A DNA stretch of 64,000 nucleotides, from assembly GCA_964057225.1 (NCBI GenBank), contig OZ059898.1, positions 8,060,001-8,124,000 on the forward strand. Direction: 5' to 3'. The position numbers were made by a program, and so were the translations under genes. The notes beneath the pieces are model-generated. The model was given only the letters and a program-made list of their open reading frames with translations. It ran no database searches and was not told the origin of the DNA. This DNA comes from Auanema rhodensis (taxonomy: Eukaryota; Animalia; Nematoda). This document shows, one piece after another, positions 1 to 15,300 of this stretch (position 1 is the stretch's first letter; every line of letters starts with the position of its first letter).

Positions 1-528
1 ATGACATCCCACCCACCTCCATGTTAAACGATCTCTCTCTATCTCTCAATTTCTGTTTCTCTCTTCCTATCCTTATGTCATAGTGTCTTTTTCGATTTTT
101 CTTTCGATTAAAATTCCTCCAACACTCTACATTAAACCATATTGTTTTATCTATATTTCTAACTTCTAGCTATATTCTCGCTACAACATACTCCCCCCTT
201 CCGTCCCTCGGCTTTCTCTATCTATCTCTATCTCTCTTTTTCTTTATCCATATTTCACTTGTTTTTATTACAAAAACGAGAGAAAGAGATAGAAGAGAGT
301 AGCAGTCACTCAGTCAGTTTGTCGTGTCAGTTAGTTAGTTCGACGACGTGGTCGTCATCCACGTTCTCGTCATCTGTATTGAGCAGACGACGTGTCCGTC
401 AGGATACCCTTTTCTGATAACTTTCTGACAAAAATTATATTCAAGTCAATTGTATCACATTCATCCTTTTCTTCTTTTTTTAAAATATATTCATTCCACC
501 TCATTGGAATTTCTATATTGATACAATC

Positions 529-3500
529 ATGGATTGGAATCGCTTGGAACGCCTTGAATCCATCGACCCCACTTCCCAAAGTCTGCAACAGATTTCTCAT
601 CAACTTGGTCTCGGTTCATCAAACCGTTTCCGTTACTTTGAGATTGAAAATCGTCCCGGTCTATTAGAAATTCGAGCTAGTTCATCACTTCGTCAAGGTC
701 CATTAGACATGCCTCTTATTGGTGGACGTAGACCGTTAAAACAGGTGAACCGATAATCTTTGAGCATAATTAATAATCAAAGTTGATTTATAAAATATAA
801 ATGTATATTGTATATATAATTTATTTTTTTTAATAATTTTCTTATTGGTCAAATCAATGATTCATATTATTTCCCACGTAGGTTTTTTTGTTTGAAAATT
901 ATGATATATAATCCATTCAATTATATTATATATATGTGAATAATTTGATGACCTATCATATATATTTTTCCGGTTTTATTTCAAAGCCTCTCATATAAAC
1001 TTATTTTCTAGTTAAAATGATATTAATGTTCTCATCTTTCCTTATGTAAGAAACTCGAGAATCAGATTTTCGAAGTTTAACACATATTTTCATATATCAA
1101 AATATGTCAACCAGTCATTTGCTAGATCATTTAGTCGTGGTAGTTAATCCGCCGAAATCTACTACTTTTTCAATTGAAATCGTTTCATATAAACCACTTT
1201 CATAATCAATCATATAAATAGTATAGTATAATATATATATGATATAGTACATACATACATACATACATACGCAGATTTTATTTCAAAACGTTGTCATATA
1301 TAGATTTTTTGATTTGTCGTTTTGCCAAAATCACAGAATATTTCATTTCAATTTGACTATATTTTTAACGAAAATTATTTAAAAATGCGTATAGTTCGCT
1401 TTGCTTTAGAAGAGAAGGTTTGTTTTAAATATTTCAATTTATTAAATTATGCCCATAATTTATTCGTAAACAACAACAAGTATAAATAAGATTATAACAG
1501 ATTACAATAGTCTCATAAGCCATATTATCAGTAAAAACAACAAATAAAGAAATATTATTAAAATTAGTTGAATTTAATTATAATTTTCTTAATTTCAGAA
1601 TTCGAAGGAAGAAATTCTAACAATCCGTTCTCCCGCAGCTGAGGAGAATAACGATTCTGGCATAGAAAATAATCGTAACAGCAGCTCTCATTCTCCTTCA
1701 ACTTCTTTGGATTTCTCGCCAAGAAGTATATTTTCGTTTTTTTCTTCATGACATTCTAATTTTGAATTTAGGTACGGACTTTCTTTCACCAAAGAGTCAT
1801 TCATCTTCTTCTGAACATCTTCCACCACCGCCACCACCACCATCACAACCACCTGTAGAATCTCTCACTTCTACTCAATCAATCCAAACTCGTCAATTGG
1901 ATCAAGTAAGCTTTCAAAAATTAAATGATTGTTTATTCTTATATATTAGGTATTGGTTCCTGTGTCTACTACTGGTTCCTCTTACGTGCGTAGACCATCA
2001 CCTTTAGAAGAGAACATCGATTATCCTCCTCCACCACATCATCTCCAAAAACAAATATCAAGTGATAAGGTAAATCGATTATATAGTTCATTAAAAAATA
2101 ATTTTTATTTATTTATAGATATCTAATAGCTCAGAGGAAGATATATTAACTTCGAACCGTGCACGTGTGTCTGCAACCATTCCGTCTTCAAGCTATCTTC
2201 GAGAACATACGAAGGTTGAGGTAAATAATTCTTTATATATTTATAAATTTACTATTTATTTCTTCTTGTGAGTATGCTAAATACAAGTATAAAATGTAAT
2301 TAAAACTCTTTATGAAGTGTTGCAACTCTGACAAGCAAATAATCGGAAATTATTGGCCGACTGACCTCAATGAGATTTTCGACATCAGATATGAAGAGAT
2401 GTGTTAGAAATCTATTTCATATATCTTATCTAATTATGACATATTAAAATCCGGAACGTTATATATTAAAACGGAACTAACTATAAATAATATAACAATT
2501 TCATTAAATATTGATTATTTATAATTAAGAAAATAAGGATATTGTACATTATTTGAATTTTCAGCCGTTCGTGGCACAATCCATTCGAGAGCATCAGGTA
2601 ACAACGAGCTCATCTGTCCCGGAGACAAACGGTATGATTTATAATAATTTATATCTGAAAACTGAAAATAGCAAATGATTCACAAATTTGGTTATATATG
2701 AAACTAAATTTAAATTGTTTCAGTTGATCTGACTGTAGAGCTGAACAGAGAGCAAAAAGCTGTTGTAACTGCTAATAAATTTCCAAATCGTGAACCAACA
2801 GCTTTCAAACGTTCAGATTCAGCAGCTACAGCTAACTTCCCTGTATGTTATATAAATTCTTTGATTTCTAACTTATTTGAATTATTATAGAGTAGTTCAA
2901 TTAATTCACAATATAGATTTGCATCTTCTGAGAATAACCTTAAGGCTCAAGAGGTAAATATTTGTTGTTTATTGATTTTTTTAAATTTTAAACTAATTAT
3001 TTTTATTTCTTCTTCTCCCTATTTTATATAAATAGCTTGTTCAATACATTATACTTACATGGTATATTTCATTTTTAATCATCTTCAGCCACCTCTAACT
3101 TCTAACCGTTCTACTACAACAAGCTATTACCAATACCGCAATAACCAACAAGCAGAAAATACTACTCCTTCTTCCTATCAAGCTAACCGTCAAATGGTAC
3201 TTTATTTCCTTTTTTATTATATTTATATAATATATTTATATTTTAGTTTCAACAACCAGTTCCATCCATACGACATCTATCTCATAGTATTAGTACTCCA
3301 AATGTTTCAAATAATTCTTCAACTTCTATGGCACCCCCTGTTCCACCAGCAACAACTACCATATATCGAACAGTTGATATTCCATTTGATGATTCATCAG
3401 CATCGTTGTATCAGCCACCCAAGCGTGATAAGGTTGAATTTAGTCTTATGACACTCAATGTTAAGCAATTCTTTAATTATAGGATGGTCTCATTGCCATA

Positions 3501-6500
3501 ACTATTGAGCTCGGAGCACAACCAGTTCACAAAGGTTTCGGGTTCTCTGTGAGCTGTGATCGTCGTCAGTGCATAGTTGATTCGGTTATTGTTGGAACTC
3601 CAGCTGACAAGTCAGGTCTCCAGGTATAGAAGTTTCTAAACGTATGTTTTCATATATGAATCGTTCAGATTGGGGATCGTATTGATTCCATTAACGGTGA
3701 GAAAACAGCTGATCAATTTCCATCAGCTATCAATCGAGCTATTCATGAAGCCACCCGTATGGGAGAAATCCATCTAAGAATTGAGCATAAAGATGGTCGG
3801 TTTTAGCACCTTTCAAAAGTTTAATGAAGATTAACAATATGCTTGTTTTAACTAATATGTTCATTTCCAACCTTTATAGTTCGAACCTTTACAACTCCAT
3901 CTTCTAATGTTAATTCTTCAAATAAGACTAATACTGTATCACCAACATCCAAGTTCAATCAGACGAGAAGCATGTTTGCTTCGGATAAACTAGTTGAATC
4001 TTACTCTGAATTCAAGAGAAAGCATTCTCGAAGTAAGATTTTCAGATCAAAGCATGTTATTAAAATCTTTAATAACTTATTTTTATTTTTCTCTGCATCT
4101 GCTTATAGCACCCCGCGAATATCCTGTTGCTCGTGATTATAACAGTCTACCCAGAACAACCTCAACATCCACAACCTCTTATGAGAGTTTACCTAGAAGA
4201 CGTGATGTTATAGCATCATGTATGTCATTTTCCATTACAAGTACATATGGCTTACTATTGTTTCCTTTTCAGCGTATGGAAGTGGAAAAGATCAGTTCGG
4301 CGGAAGTAGTAGATCATTAAATACAGCTTCTTCAGATTATAAGTAAGTGAATATAATAATTTCAATTAATAATGTTACTTGATTTACAGAGTTACTGCTT
4401 TACATGATAAAGTTGGACCGGGAAAGCTGTCAGATTTCGTTCCAGAAGTTGAGCGTTCAAGACTAGAAGATGGTCCAAGACGCCGTCAGGTAGATTCAGA
4501 GGAAGCACCACGAACTATCAGAAACTATCAAGTATTTTCAAATGAGGTAAATATTATAAATTTAATTAATGAATTTAATTTCGTTTAATTTCAGTTAGGC
4601 TATCGTAATCAAATTCAACAACATCAGCAGGTATGATTTATTCATTATTAAAAAAGAATTCAAAAGTTTTTTTCTTTAAAAAAAATCTAAAAATAGGTTA
4701 GGTACAGATGTTCATAGACTACTTTCAAGATTTTTTTCCAACTTTTCTCATATGTTACTCATAAGTTTCGCATACTCACTATCTTTTCCTAGCCTTCTGC
4801 TTCTATAGTATTCTGATTCATGAATTACAAAAAAAATCTTTTGTAGATATGGAAATGAATGACAAATATAAAACGAAAAATATGCTATTTCTCGTTTTTT
4901 TTTCTTATTCTTCTACATATATCTAACAATACTATCTAGTAGTATAATTTCTTCTTATAACTATAAGACCTAATTCGATTGAATTATGAAGTTTCGTTGT
5001 TGGAAAAGCTTTCATAAAACAAAACATGTTAAGAAGACTGTAAGTAATATGAAATATTTTAAAATACATCTTCAAAACATTTCAAATTATTACAAAACTA
5101 TCGAGACTATAGGTTTGTAAATACAAGAACCAATAGATATGTTGCTTTTTTTTGTTTTATTTGTATTAAAACTTTGGACCTTTCGAAGGTGTCGTTGGCT
5201 TCGTCGTTGTCACCATTCCTACCTAATGAATAGATGATGATTCTCGTCGTCATCATCAACGGCAGTCTAGCTCATCTATACAAATAATTCATGTGACAGA
5301 AAGGAACAAACAGACCTCGAAATAAGATGTCTGGAAGAGGACGATGAAAACGACCTCGTGTGCCCTCCTTCTCATTCTACTCCACAACTACATCATAAAC
5401 AATTTGTATTTCTTGTCTCTTCTACTAACTAATCAGCTTCACTTTTGAAAATAAAAAATTTCCAAAAATTCCTTAATTGATTCTCATCTTTTTTCCCTTT
5501 TCAGAATTCAAGTCCATCATCATATAAGCCTACTGAAGACATTCAAACCGAAGAAGATACTCATGCTCAAACTTACGTGGTATGTTCTTACATTGCATGT
5601 TTTTTTAATTACAAAAATCTGATTTATTTTTAATATTTTATCACCAAAACAAGAATATTTTATATAATCTGTCGCTTTTCTAATCAGTTCCAACCTAAGT
5701 TTAGCTTTCAAGCACATGATAAAGAAAATCAAAGGAATATCATCGTCATTGTGGTACAACATCATCTTGTACTTACATCTACACAATTCAGGAAAATAAT
5801 GCTATGCTTTATTTCTTCAATATATTCTATTTTTTCTTTCAAGTCTACTATCTTCTTCTAAGAAATTTTCTGTTCCAGCTGTTTCAAGAAGGACTTCTGT
5901 GCATGCTTTGCTCTCAATCAGCATACTATATGTGTGAATATTTACTTCTTTTCCTACAACTTCTCTGCGTATCACCTTGCCTGAACTTCTATTTCCATTT
6001 ATTTCCGCACCTTTCCTTCCACCTGGATTATTTGCCTATATTTTATAATTTTTCAATTTTCAACTGAAATATTCTAGAAGGGTCACTCCGCACCTGAAGT
6101 TCATCTTCCTCGAGTTGGCATTCTAAAAACCACATCATTAGCAAGACAGCTTGAAAACGAGCAGTATCTGAGACAACAGCATCAACGTTTATCTCATCAG
6201 CAAGAGCATCATTACGCTACATTAGAAGATATTCGTCATAATTTGAAACAACCTGTCACGCGTAATATTCCTATCGAAATTCTACGTCCAGGTGCTGAAG
6301 TGCCATTGACACCGATTACACACGTATCCGAATACGACATTGTGTCAGACGGAGACGAAGACGACGATCATCTATTTGAACGTATGCATCAGAAGCAGCC
6401 ATTCCATACAGTCGGATCGTACGGCGTTGCTCGTAATATAACTCCACGTGAACGTCAACCTTATCGATCAGGCTTAGTAGGCATGGCTTCATATTCATCT

Positions 6501-8526
6501 GTGCCAGAATTACGTTCGCGATCATCTGACTCATTGGACATCAGCAATGTCTCTCATCGGTTTTATGATCGCGAAGGCAATAGCGTTCAACGTGATCAAT
6601 TAGCAGTAAATTCTATTCCAATTCATATTCAACGAGATTACGGAGAATATATGTATCGTAGAGAAGAGAAAACACTTCTGGTATGTTAAATGAAAAGAAA
6701 AAAATACGAAGTTTCCAGAGCGTATTGGCAAACATTTCTATCAAAACATACAAAGAAAAATATTTATATTTCATTAAATAACAAAATATATTAGTAGTTT
6801 TCTGATTTTAAAGCTTCAGATTATAATATAAAATTCTTTATAAACATATTTTGAGTAGTTTTTCTAAGATATATTAACAATTTCTTGAATATTAATTATA
6901 TTAGGAAACTCATGATTGGCGTGACATCATCAACCAACAACGTCAACCAGCTCCAGGGCTTCCAGTAAATAATCACAAAATCAAAGAAGTTACTGCTTCA
7001 ATGAGGTAATAGTGATAACACTAAGATGTCAATTAATTCTCTTGTTTAGCAATTTACCTTCTATCATTGATCGTAAACATGAAGAATCTAAAAAGTTACT
7101 TCGTGAACAGAATGATTATCAATACCAGTCCAAAGATTGGAAACAAACACCTATAGATCTTCATACAACAGTAATTATTGTTATTTTATTAAGATAATTA
7201 AGTAATTTTGCTTTAGAAAACAACTGAAACAGCATATTCGGGATATAACTCATTAGGCTACAAGCCAAAACTGACTAATAATATCGATAATACTAATACA
7301 AATAGCTATACATCAAAAACAGTTCGAGAAGATACTACCCGATACGATGACTATAGATCCAAGAATGTTAACTCACAGAATCATACATCAATCAGTACCA
7401 ACTCGCCAGCACAGAAAGAAGCGCAAGAATACATTCCTGGAGGCTATAAGGAAGAGAAGCAGGAAAGTGTTGTAGCCGTAAGCGGAAAACATCGTTGTGC
7501 ACATTGCTCAACAGAATTAGGTAAGTATTTCCGGGTTTAAGGTTCAAATTTTACAAGTATACATAACTTCACTTAATCATTAAAACTCAACAACTATTAA
7601 TTATTATTTGGTATATAAGATTTGAAATTTGCATATATATATATATATATATGTACATATCTTTATGTACATACAGTATTTCAAATCTTTGCAACAGCAT
7701 GTATGGGTTGAGGGGAATAAAATCAAAACATGTTACTTACTTAAAACAAAAATTAAAATTAAATGGGAAGGTTTTGGATCAATATTTTTCTAACTGAATC
7801 ACATAACATTCATTATTTGATATTTTTTCGTTTTCGTAATTGGTTAGAAAATACTTCTTTTCAGAAAATTCTAAGCTGTGCCCATGTCGTTATAAAGCCT
7901 TCGCAGAGGCTTAAAGATTTTATACAAACTTATAAAAGAAATTAATTTGTAATCATGAAATATCTGCGACTTAATAACAAACTTTCTGATCTTTTGGTAC
8001 ATCAAAAAATATATATAAACATAATAAATATGCATACATACGATGTTGAACTATTTATACAATCTTATCGCATTCTCTCATATTTAAAGTAAGGTAAACA
8101 TACACAAATATAAATTTTTCTAATTATTAAAATAAGTTTTATATTCATTTATATTCATTTAGGCCGAGGAGCAGCTATGATTGTGGAATCATTAAATTTA
8201 TATTATCACCTTGCTTGCTTCAAATGCTTTGTTTGTAAGGCCCCATTAGGTCAGTTAAAACTTTAATTTGAATATAAAAAATTTCATATTCAAATACAGA
8301 ATTTGGATAGAATTTATAAACTTTTTATTGTGTTCTTGAAGTTTGCATTATGAAACTTTCGCTCTCAGCTTAGCTCAATAGCTTTTCATCAAACTTTGTT
8401 GGACTTACTAATTGTTTTTTTTCTTCAGGTTCCGGTGCCACAGGAACAGATGTTCGTGTAAGAGAAGGACATCTTCATTGTCAAAGCTGCTACAGTAATG
8501 ATAAACTTCAACTAAGCAAAGTCTAA
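529..8526 (+). CDS. lim-8: Multi-exon PDZ + C-terminal LIM domain protein, LMO7/Smallish-like
   Basis: Spliced PDZ domain at ~3483-3797 ([19 protein letters not shown]...[17 protein letters not shown]|[10 protein letters not shown]). C-terminal LIM over three exons: [14 protein letters not shown]|[29 protein letters not shown]|[21 protein letters not shown], matching the LMO7-type LIM. Stop TAA at 8524-8526. Start codon and internal alternative exons are uncertain. Confidence 0.85.
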
Positions 8527-9592
8527 TGGATTTTACTATCAAAACCACCAAACATCTCTGAAATAAAATAATGCATCTAAATATCTTTCTGAAATAATTT
8601 TAAAAAACGTTGTGCTGTTCAATATGAATTTAATATCTAAAACGCATATTGTTTCACTTTATTTTTTTCTCTGGCATTTTAAAAATTAATGATGATACTT
8701 TTTAACGTCATATATCCTTGCCTTGACTAAAACAGAAACATAGTTAACATCAAACAGTTTCTAAGAAGTTTTATTGTCAACATATATTCATTATTTCATG
8801 CACAGATGATGTATTCTAACAAAAAAATTGTTTTTAAACAATTCTCTAACATAATTAACCCATCAAAACTAACAAGAAATGATATTTAATATTGAAGATC
8901 AATTTATTTCTCGTTGCAAGTCATAAAAATCAATATACACAGCTTTTACAAATTAGTACGAACAATTGTAAATTTAATAAAGAGTTTATAAATTATGTTT
9001 TCTTTCACAATACAGAAGTAAGCTCCTCAGCAGTTATACCTCAGCTTTTGTTTGCGTATATTGAAAAAAATAGAGCCAAGAATGGCGATGGAAGTAGAAG
9101 AAACCAACTTCAATCGTGCCCTTATTTAAAGTTAATTAATATTTTTTAATATTTTCAATAGCATTAGATTAGCAAAACAAATCAGTGAACTGCATAATAG
9201 GGAATTGGAACAAATTTTTGTAGAATTCAAACAAGTCGTCATCCTTTTTTATCAACCTATGTTGATATTGAGTCAAATGATGGGAAACAACTCTTATATT
9301 GTACATGTTTTACTAAAATCACTACTTTCTATATTTTATTAACAATTAAACAGCAATTTATATGAAATCTAGTATTTCTTGTTTGGCCTGTCTCTGAAAG
9401 CTAGACGTCTCCATCATCTCATTTTGCGCCTACATCCTTTGCGTCTTTTCTGTTGAACTTTGCGGACATTTCTTTCGATAATGGTTTATTGATATTATAT
9501 ATTGCATAATTATATATGATTAAGTTTTTTTTTATTTTAATCATAGAAGCGTGATATTTCTATATTTTCAGAATTATTTAATATTTTTTATA

Positions 9593-10174
9593 ATGCAGTT
9601 GAACCTTCTTAGGGGTTCTTTGGGACGCATTGTTTCAATCGCTGTTAGAAAACCTATTTATGTAACTAAAACTTCAGTATATTCCACAAAAACGGTCACC
9701 TTTGTTAGTGGATCCGAAACGTTTGTTGGTAAAGCTAAGGTATATATCTTTTTGGTTTATTGTTTACTTCTAATGTTATTATTATCATAGGAGGGAGAAA
9801 GTTTGTTGGATGTTGTAATTAACAATGACCTTCCTCTTGATGGTTTTGGAGCTTGTGAAGGTATTTCTAGTTTTTTTCATTATTAGAAAAAATGATTATG
9901 TAATGTAGGAACACTAGCTTGCTGTACTTGCCATGTTATTTTAAATCCTAAAGATTTTCAACGGGAAGACGATGTCAATCCTCCAACGGAAGAAGAAATG
10001 GATTTACTAGATTTAGCTCCTGATCTAAATGATTATTCCCGCTTGGGTTGCCAAGTTAGTCATGGTACTTTAATAAGATTTCTTTTTTTGTTTCAGATTA
10101 AATTGCTCAAGGAAGATAACGAGATCCATGTTGTTGTGCCTACAGCCAAACGAGACGCGCGGGCTTTAGATTAA
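9593..10174 (+). CDS. Mitochondrial adrenodoxin-type [2Fe-2S] ferredoxin (4 exons)
   Basis: Basic N-terminal targeting peptide, then [24 protein letters not shown]|[11 protein letters not shown]...[21 protein letters not shown]|IKL. The Cys ligand pattern and SRLGCQ motif are those of adrenodoxins. Introns are GT-AG. Confidence 0.92.
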
Positions 10175-10614
10175 TAGAAATTTCATTTTACTGATAGCTT
10201 ATAAATTTTTTATTTTCTACTTTTTTCTTTTGTTTCAATAAGACATCAAACGAGTTTTATTACTATAACGATGCATTCTAAAACATTTCATTATATGAGC
10301 ACTAGCAAAGTTGACTAATTTTCCGCACATAGGTTTTTACTACGATTGTTATAGATCTTCAGCAAAGACATAGCGTCTGAGTTTCACTCAATTTCCTCAT
10401 TCTATTTCCTACTCTATTCATTTATCTCTGTTTAGGAATAGCAGTATAGGTTTAAGCACCTGTGATAAATATCTCTTTGCCCCTAGCCTGTCCGTTATCT
10501 GACCAATGGCTACACAACAACTGGCTTGCTTATTCCTGTTTAGCAACCCAAGTACGCGTCTCCTTTTTTCATAAGCGGTCTTACCAATTTGTTAATTATA
10601 ATATATTTGCCCCC

Positions 10615-12372
10615 ATGGACTTAAAAAATGATAGCAAAAATGAAATTGCTGCTCCATTACAACAGTTCAAACCTAATAAGTATATTCTACGTATTCGTAC
10701 CAGCAGTCAACCAAGTTCAATTACAACAGGTGAGTTTTAATCTGTAAATTATATTTGTATCAGATTCATCATCTGTGTACCAGCCTCTGTATATCTATTC
10801 AATATTATAACCAAATAATTGCAACCGTATGTTGCCATTGATGTAGATTCTGTTCGCACTATTAGCTGGCTTAATTACTCTTGGGTCCAATAACATAACA
10901 AACTATCAGGCTCTTCCGGTCATAGACATCGGCTGCGACCATCATGTCATGACATATTTATGTATTTCTTATTTGTCCTATTGCCGTGTCGGGCAGAAAT
11001 CTTTTTTTCTTGAAAGTTTCATATTTTTCTTTTCTTCACATTTGTGGAAAGTTCTTGCTATCATAAATAAATTGAATTTCAAATTAATCCCTCGTAGTAG
11101 TGATTAACGATTCTGTTTCACATCATTTTCTTAAAAACAATTACTATTGACAGTGTAATCAAGGTAATATAATCTTTCGATACGAAATCATGTCATTTAT
11201 CCAATTTTACAACAAACACTAGGGTCAAATCTCCCAGCTCATCGCATTGGCTTGATCCCAAGTTGATCTAATCGACGCCTGCTGTTGCTCACATCATCAC
11301 TCACTTACTATTGATGATTAGAAGATAAGATGAACAAGAAAACGATCAAATCGTGAATTTGATACGTATGACTCACATCCGGAATCCAACTTTATCCCAG
11401 CCGGTCGAACCGCTCCTTTTCTTCAAATTCTAGTTACTCAGACAGCTGCTTACATATTCAACGCACTCTACGTTGGCTATACATCACTGAATATATTTTA
11501 TTTTTCTTTAATTAGTATTGATTACTAAATTTTTCAAAGTATTAATTGTTCATAATTAGCATAACACTTGTCTTTTTCGCGTGAATGCTTTGCGTGGGAA
11601 AAGATGCTGCATTCAAAATTTTAAAATATAATTGTTCCCAGTTAAAGATTGGTTGCTTCATTTTGATTTAATATTTCCTAATCATATATTTAATTTTATT
11701 AAATTTCATCAAGGGAATTTCAATAATTGGGGCTAAAACTGTGATATATACGAAGATCTATTTTATTGTGAAGAAAGCGATCTTATAGACATTGATTTGT
11801 TCAAAGTCATTTATCACTCAATGAGCGTCAATTGCAGAAGAAGAAAGTTCGTCATCTGAGGAAAGTGCTAAAGAAAAGTTTGAAATAACCTCCAGTGAGT
11901 ACACTGAAGTGAAATTACCACAACTTAGGTACGTTTTAATATATTCGTTTAATTGTCCTTTTTACTTTTGATTGAAAATAACTTTTCTGTTCTATTGTTT
12001 GGAATTTTTTCTGTTAACAATATTTCTAATTATCGTTCCCCTATTCAGATCCCAATGTTCTACCGACAGCTCAGATATGTCTAGTAGCCAACAGAATAGC
12101 ACCATCAATTCAAGGTTATTTTTTATTTAATTCTAAATTGTCTTTTGTGAATGGAAACTTTTGAACAATTGTTTTATAAAAAAAGACTCTGTTTACCAAA
12201 GAAAATAAAATAAAATGAAATAAAATATGACAACATACTTTGTTTTAGAACGGATGGTGAACGAGTACCCCGTCTTGCTCCTGGCGTCTATCATAAAATG
12301 CCAACTCCTATTCTAAGTGAGCATGAGAAATCAATATTGAGTAACAGTACAGGCGGTCAGTCAATTTCATAA
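10615..12372 (+). CDS. Putative small Ser-rich low-complexity protein (4 exons, unknown function)
   Basis: Phase-compatible exons 10615-10729, 11838-11928, ~12049-12114 and ~12249-12372 with GT/AG boundaries give MDLKND...TT|EEESSSSEE...|SQCSTDSS...|TDGERVPRLAPGVYHKMPTP...IS*. No recognisable domain. Confidence 0.4.
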
Positions 12373-15300
12373 CGATCTGATTTTACTACTCTATTTACCA
12401 TCCTCAGCCATGATATATTCTCTGATTCTAAATCTAGTTGTAAATTATGTAATTCTTTCTACACCTTCTCCTTATTGATCAAATATATTCATTCCACAAC
12501 CCTAACTATTTACCATATAAGTTTTCTCGTCCAGTATTTATAAAATGAACGCATCCAAACTGAAATAGCTTTTTTTGTCGCTCTTAGTGGCTGACTTACA
12601 GCTGAGTTGCGGGATTGTTCGTTTCGTTTTTCTTTGTTCATCGTTTCTGGAATGTCCAGAACATAGAACAGCTTTCATTGTCTAACTGCCTAACATCTTG
12701 TCTCAATCACAGTCTGCTTTATCTCTCACTCGTTTTCTGCTCTCTTCTATTTTGTTCGCTATCCTTGAATTTTTTTCTTAGACATTAGCCTGTCGCTAAA
12801 TATTTAAGATGTAATCATTATACATTTTTTCATATCTTCTGACCATATTGCTCAGAAATGCGGATGAGTATATAGTACTTTCTATCCCTTAACGCTTCGT
12901 CTTTTTTTTAAAGTAACTTATCGAATATTTTGGCTCCTTTTTTCCACGTCACTTTGAGATGTTCTCCCAGTTGCCATAAAACAACATGTCACAGTCAGTC
13001 CTTGGCTATGAGTGTGACCAAGGTGTGGAGATGAGAACTCACCGTGGGCTGGCGCTCTGCTTTGACCCCAATTAAACAATTACTACAATCCTTCTTCACA
13101 AAACAAAAGGATGACTATGTGACTGGCGGTACCCGAATCAAATCTGAAAAGAGAATTACCCCCTATTTTTTCAACCAACTGCCATCTATAGAGGGCCATC
13201 CGTTTCGGGCTGTTGCTCATCTATATTTTGTATTTCTAGCTCTAACCGTTGCTTAGTATTTCTCCCTTTTCCGACCTTATCTACTTATATATGTACCTTT
13301 CTCATAAATTTAAGCTTAAAACCCAGTCCAGCAGTCCTAAAAGAAGTTACTGCTTTTGTTTTACTCTTTCCTTTCTCTTTTCATCTCATTCTGTCCTAAC
13401 ACCTTCACGCATTGAAACATGGAAAAAGCCAACTAGACTACTATATTAGACCTGAAGTGTTAGACATAAGTTTAATCTACTGCATCTTGCGCTCGTTACT
13501 ACTGCTCTTTTCCTATGCAATTGCATAAGAAGATGATGCACTGAATGACGAAAAGAGAAAGATGAAAAGAGCATTTCGTAGTAGAATATTTTACGGCTTG
13601 GCTATTTATGAGCTACTATAGCTGTTGGATTTTTAATATGAAGCCATGTGGAAAATTATCTTAAGTTAGATCTCATTAAAGTAGCCAGTGCTTACGTATT
13701 CATTGAAGTATCAGAACAATTCCCATATCAAGTAGCATATTAAAAGCATTGAAATAGTGACTTATTCTTTAATAAATTAAATGATATCATTGTTTTTCTA
13801 TTATTGCTGCTATATTATTAGAACAGAGATATAGTCAATGCAATAAGAAGAGGTCTTTAAGAACTAAAAATAAGATGAAACCGTTTTTTACTTATGTGAA
13901 AAGCAGATCAATGTCCTTTGCTAAAGCGAAATGACGAGGAAGGTTCATATTATGCTATCGGTTCACTGAATGTCTATGGATAGTTTTAAGTGGATTCGTT
14001 TGATAGTTTGCCAGCAACACAAGGAAATGACCTCTGACGCATTTCATGCTTGAGTTCATGCCTGTACCCCATCAATCCAGCCGGACCACACATGCACGTT
14101 GACTGGATATATCGTGATCTTTTGCTTATGCCTTACTAAATATAGCACGCGTCAGGTGGCATGTAATTTACATGACGCCGCTTAGATTCACTCGCTCATT
14201 CGCTTACAAATATATTTTGTTCTTTATATTGCTACATGATGCTTTGACACTGTTTTATGAACTTAGGCTGAAAAAGAGCCATGGATCAGACTGGTCCTGT
14301 TTGGTAGCCATTGGCTAATCTTCTAGTTGCTAACATGCCACGCCCATCTTGTTTATTGCCTCCTCCCCTTTCACGCTTAAGGTTCAATAGTCAGGCTATA
14401 TTTTAGGAATATTAAGACCATATATATTTTTATTATAAAAACCTTGATATTCCATAAGTTCTATTTTTTAAGTTAGCTTTATTAATTTTCTATATTTTTA
14501 TGATCGAAGCTGCTTTAAAAATTACATTGTGTTTTTCAATTTACATATTTGAAAGCTGTGACTAGAGAGTGACAAGTCACTCATATTTACAACTAGACTT
14601 ACTCAATTTCATTCGTGCTTTTTCAACTTATGGCTCTTGTTGTCTAATCAGCGCTCAGTTATGTTTTCATCGACTCCTGCTTCTACGCTTTATGCTTGTC
14701 ATTTGTTATTCCACCTGGGATGCTTTCTTCGATATCTGCCTTTTTCGCAATCACAAAGTTATTCATTTCTCTTTCATGTTTCCATTTATTGAATCAATTT
14801 TTTCGTAACTACTTTTGATATATATATATATAATGATTGTTTAAGCCATTCATACAATATTTAATATAACTAACGTACTACCTTTTTCTCTCTCATTGTG
14901 TTCATTCTAACCTCTTTTTGCAGTCAATCATGTTTTCTCATCAACAGTTGATCTATTATTAGTTTTCAGCTCATCCACATCTTTCAGGCGCTATTTCCTT
15001 TTTGCTGTATCTTATTGTTATCTTTTCTGCTTGTCTAACTTTGTTTGTCTACATATTTTTGGCACTTGCTCTTACTCTACCTCACTCTATCATCCTCTTT
15101 ACTATGCCTGGACTTTTTTGAGGCGGGGTTTCTGCGACCCTTGTTGGTCACTAGATGTTTACCTTAATGATCACATATGTCAGTTCTCACCCTACTCTTG
15201 CTTGTTGATTCAATCACGTTTTTTGGGAACTTGGATGGTTTTTCTTACTTATTGACCATTTCATGCATTTTTAATTTTTTTCTTTCTTGTAGTTGCTCCG

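Noticed and set aside
8892-9480. Possible small gene or ncRNA between lim-8 and ferredoxin
   Set aside because: No consistent spliced ORF on either strand and no snoRNA or tRNA boxes.
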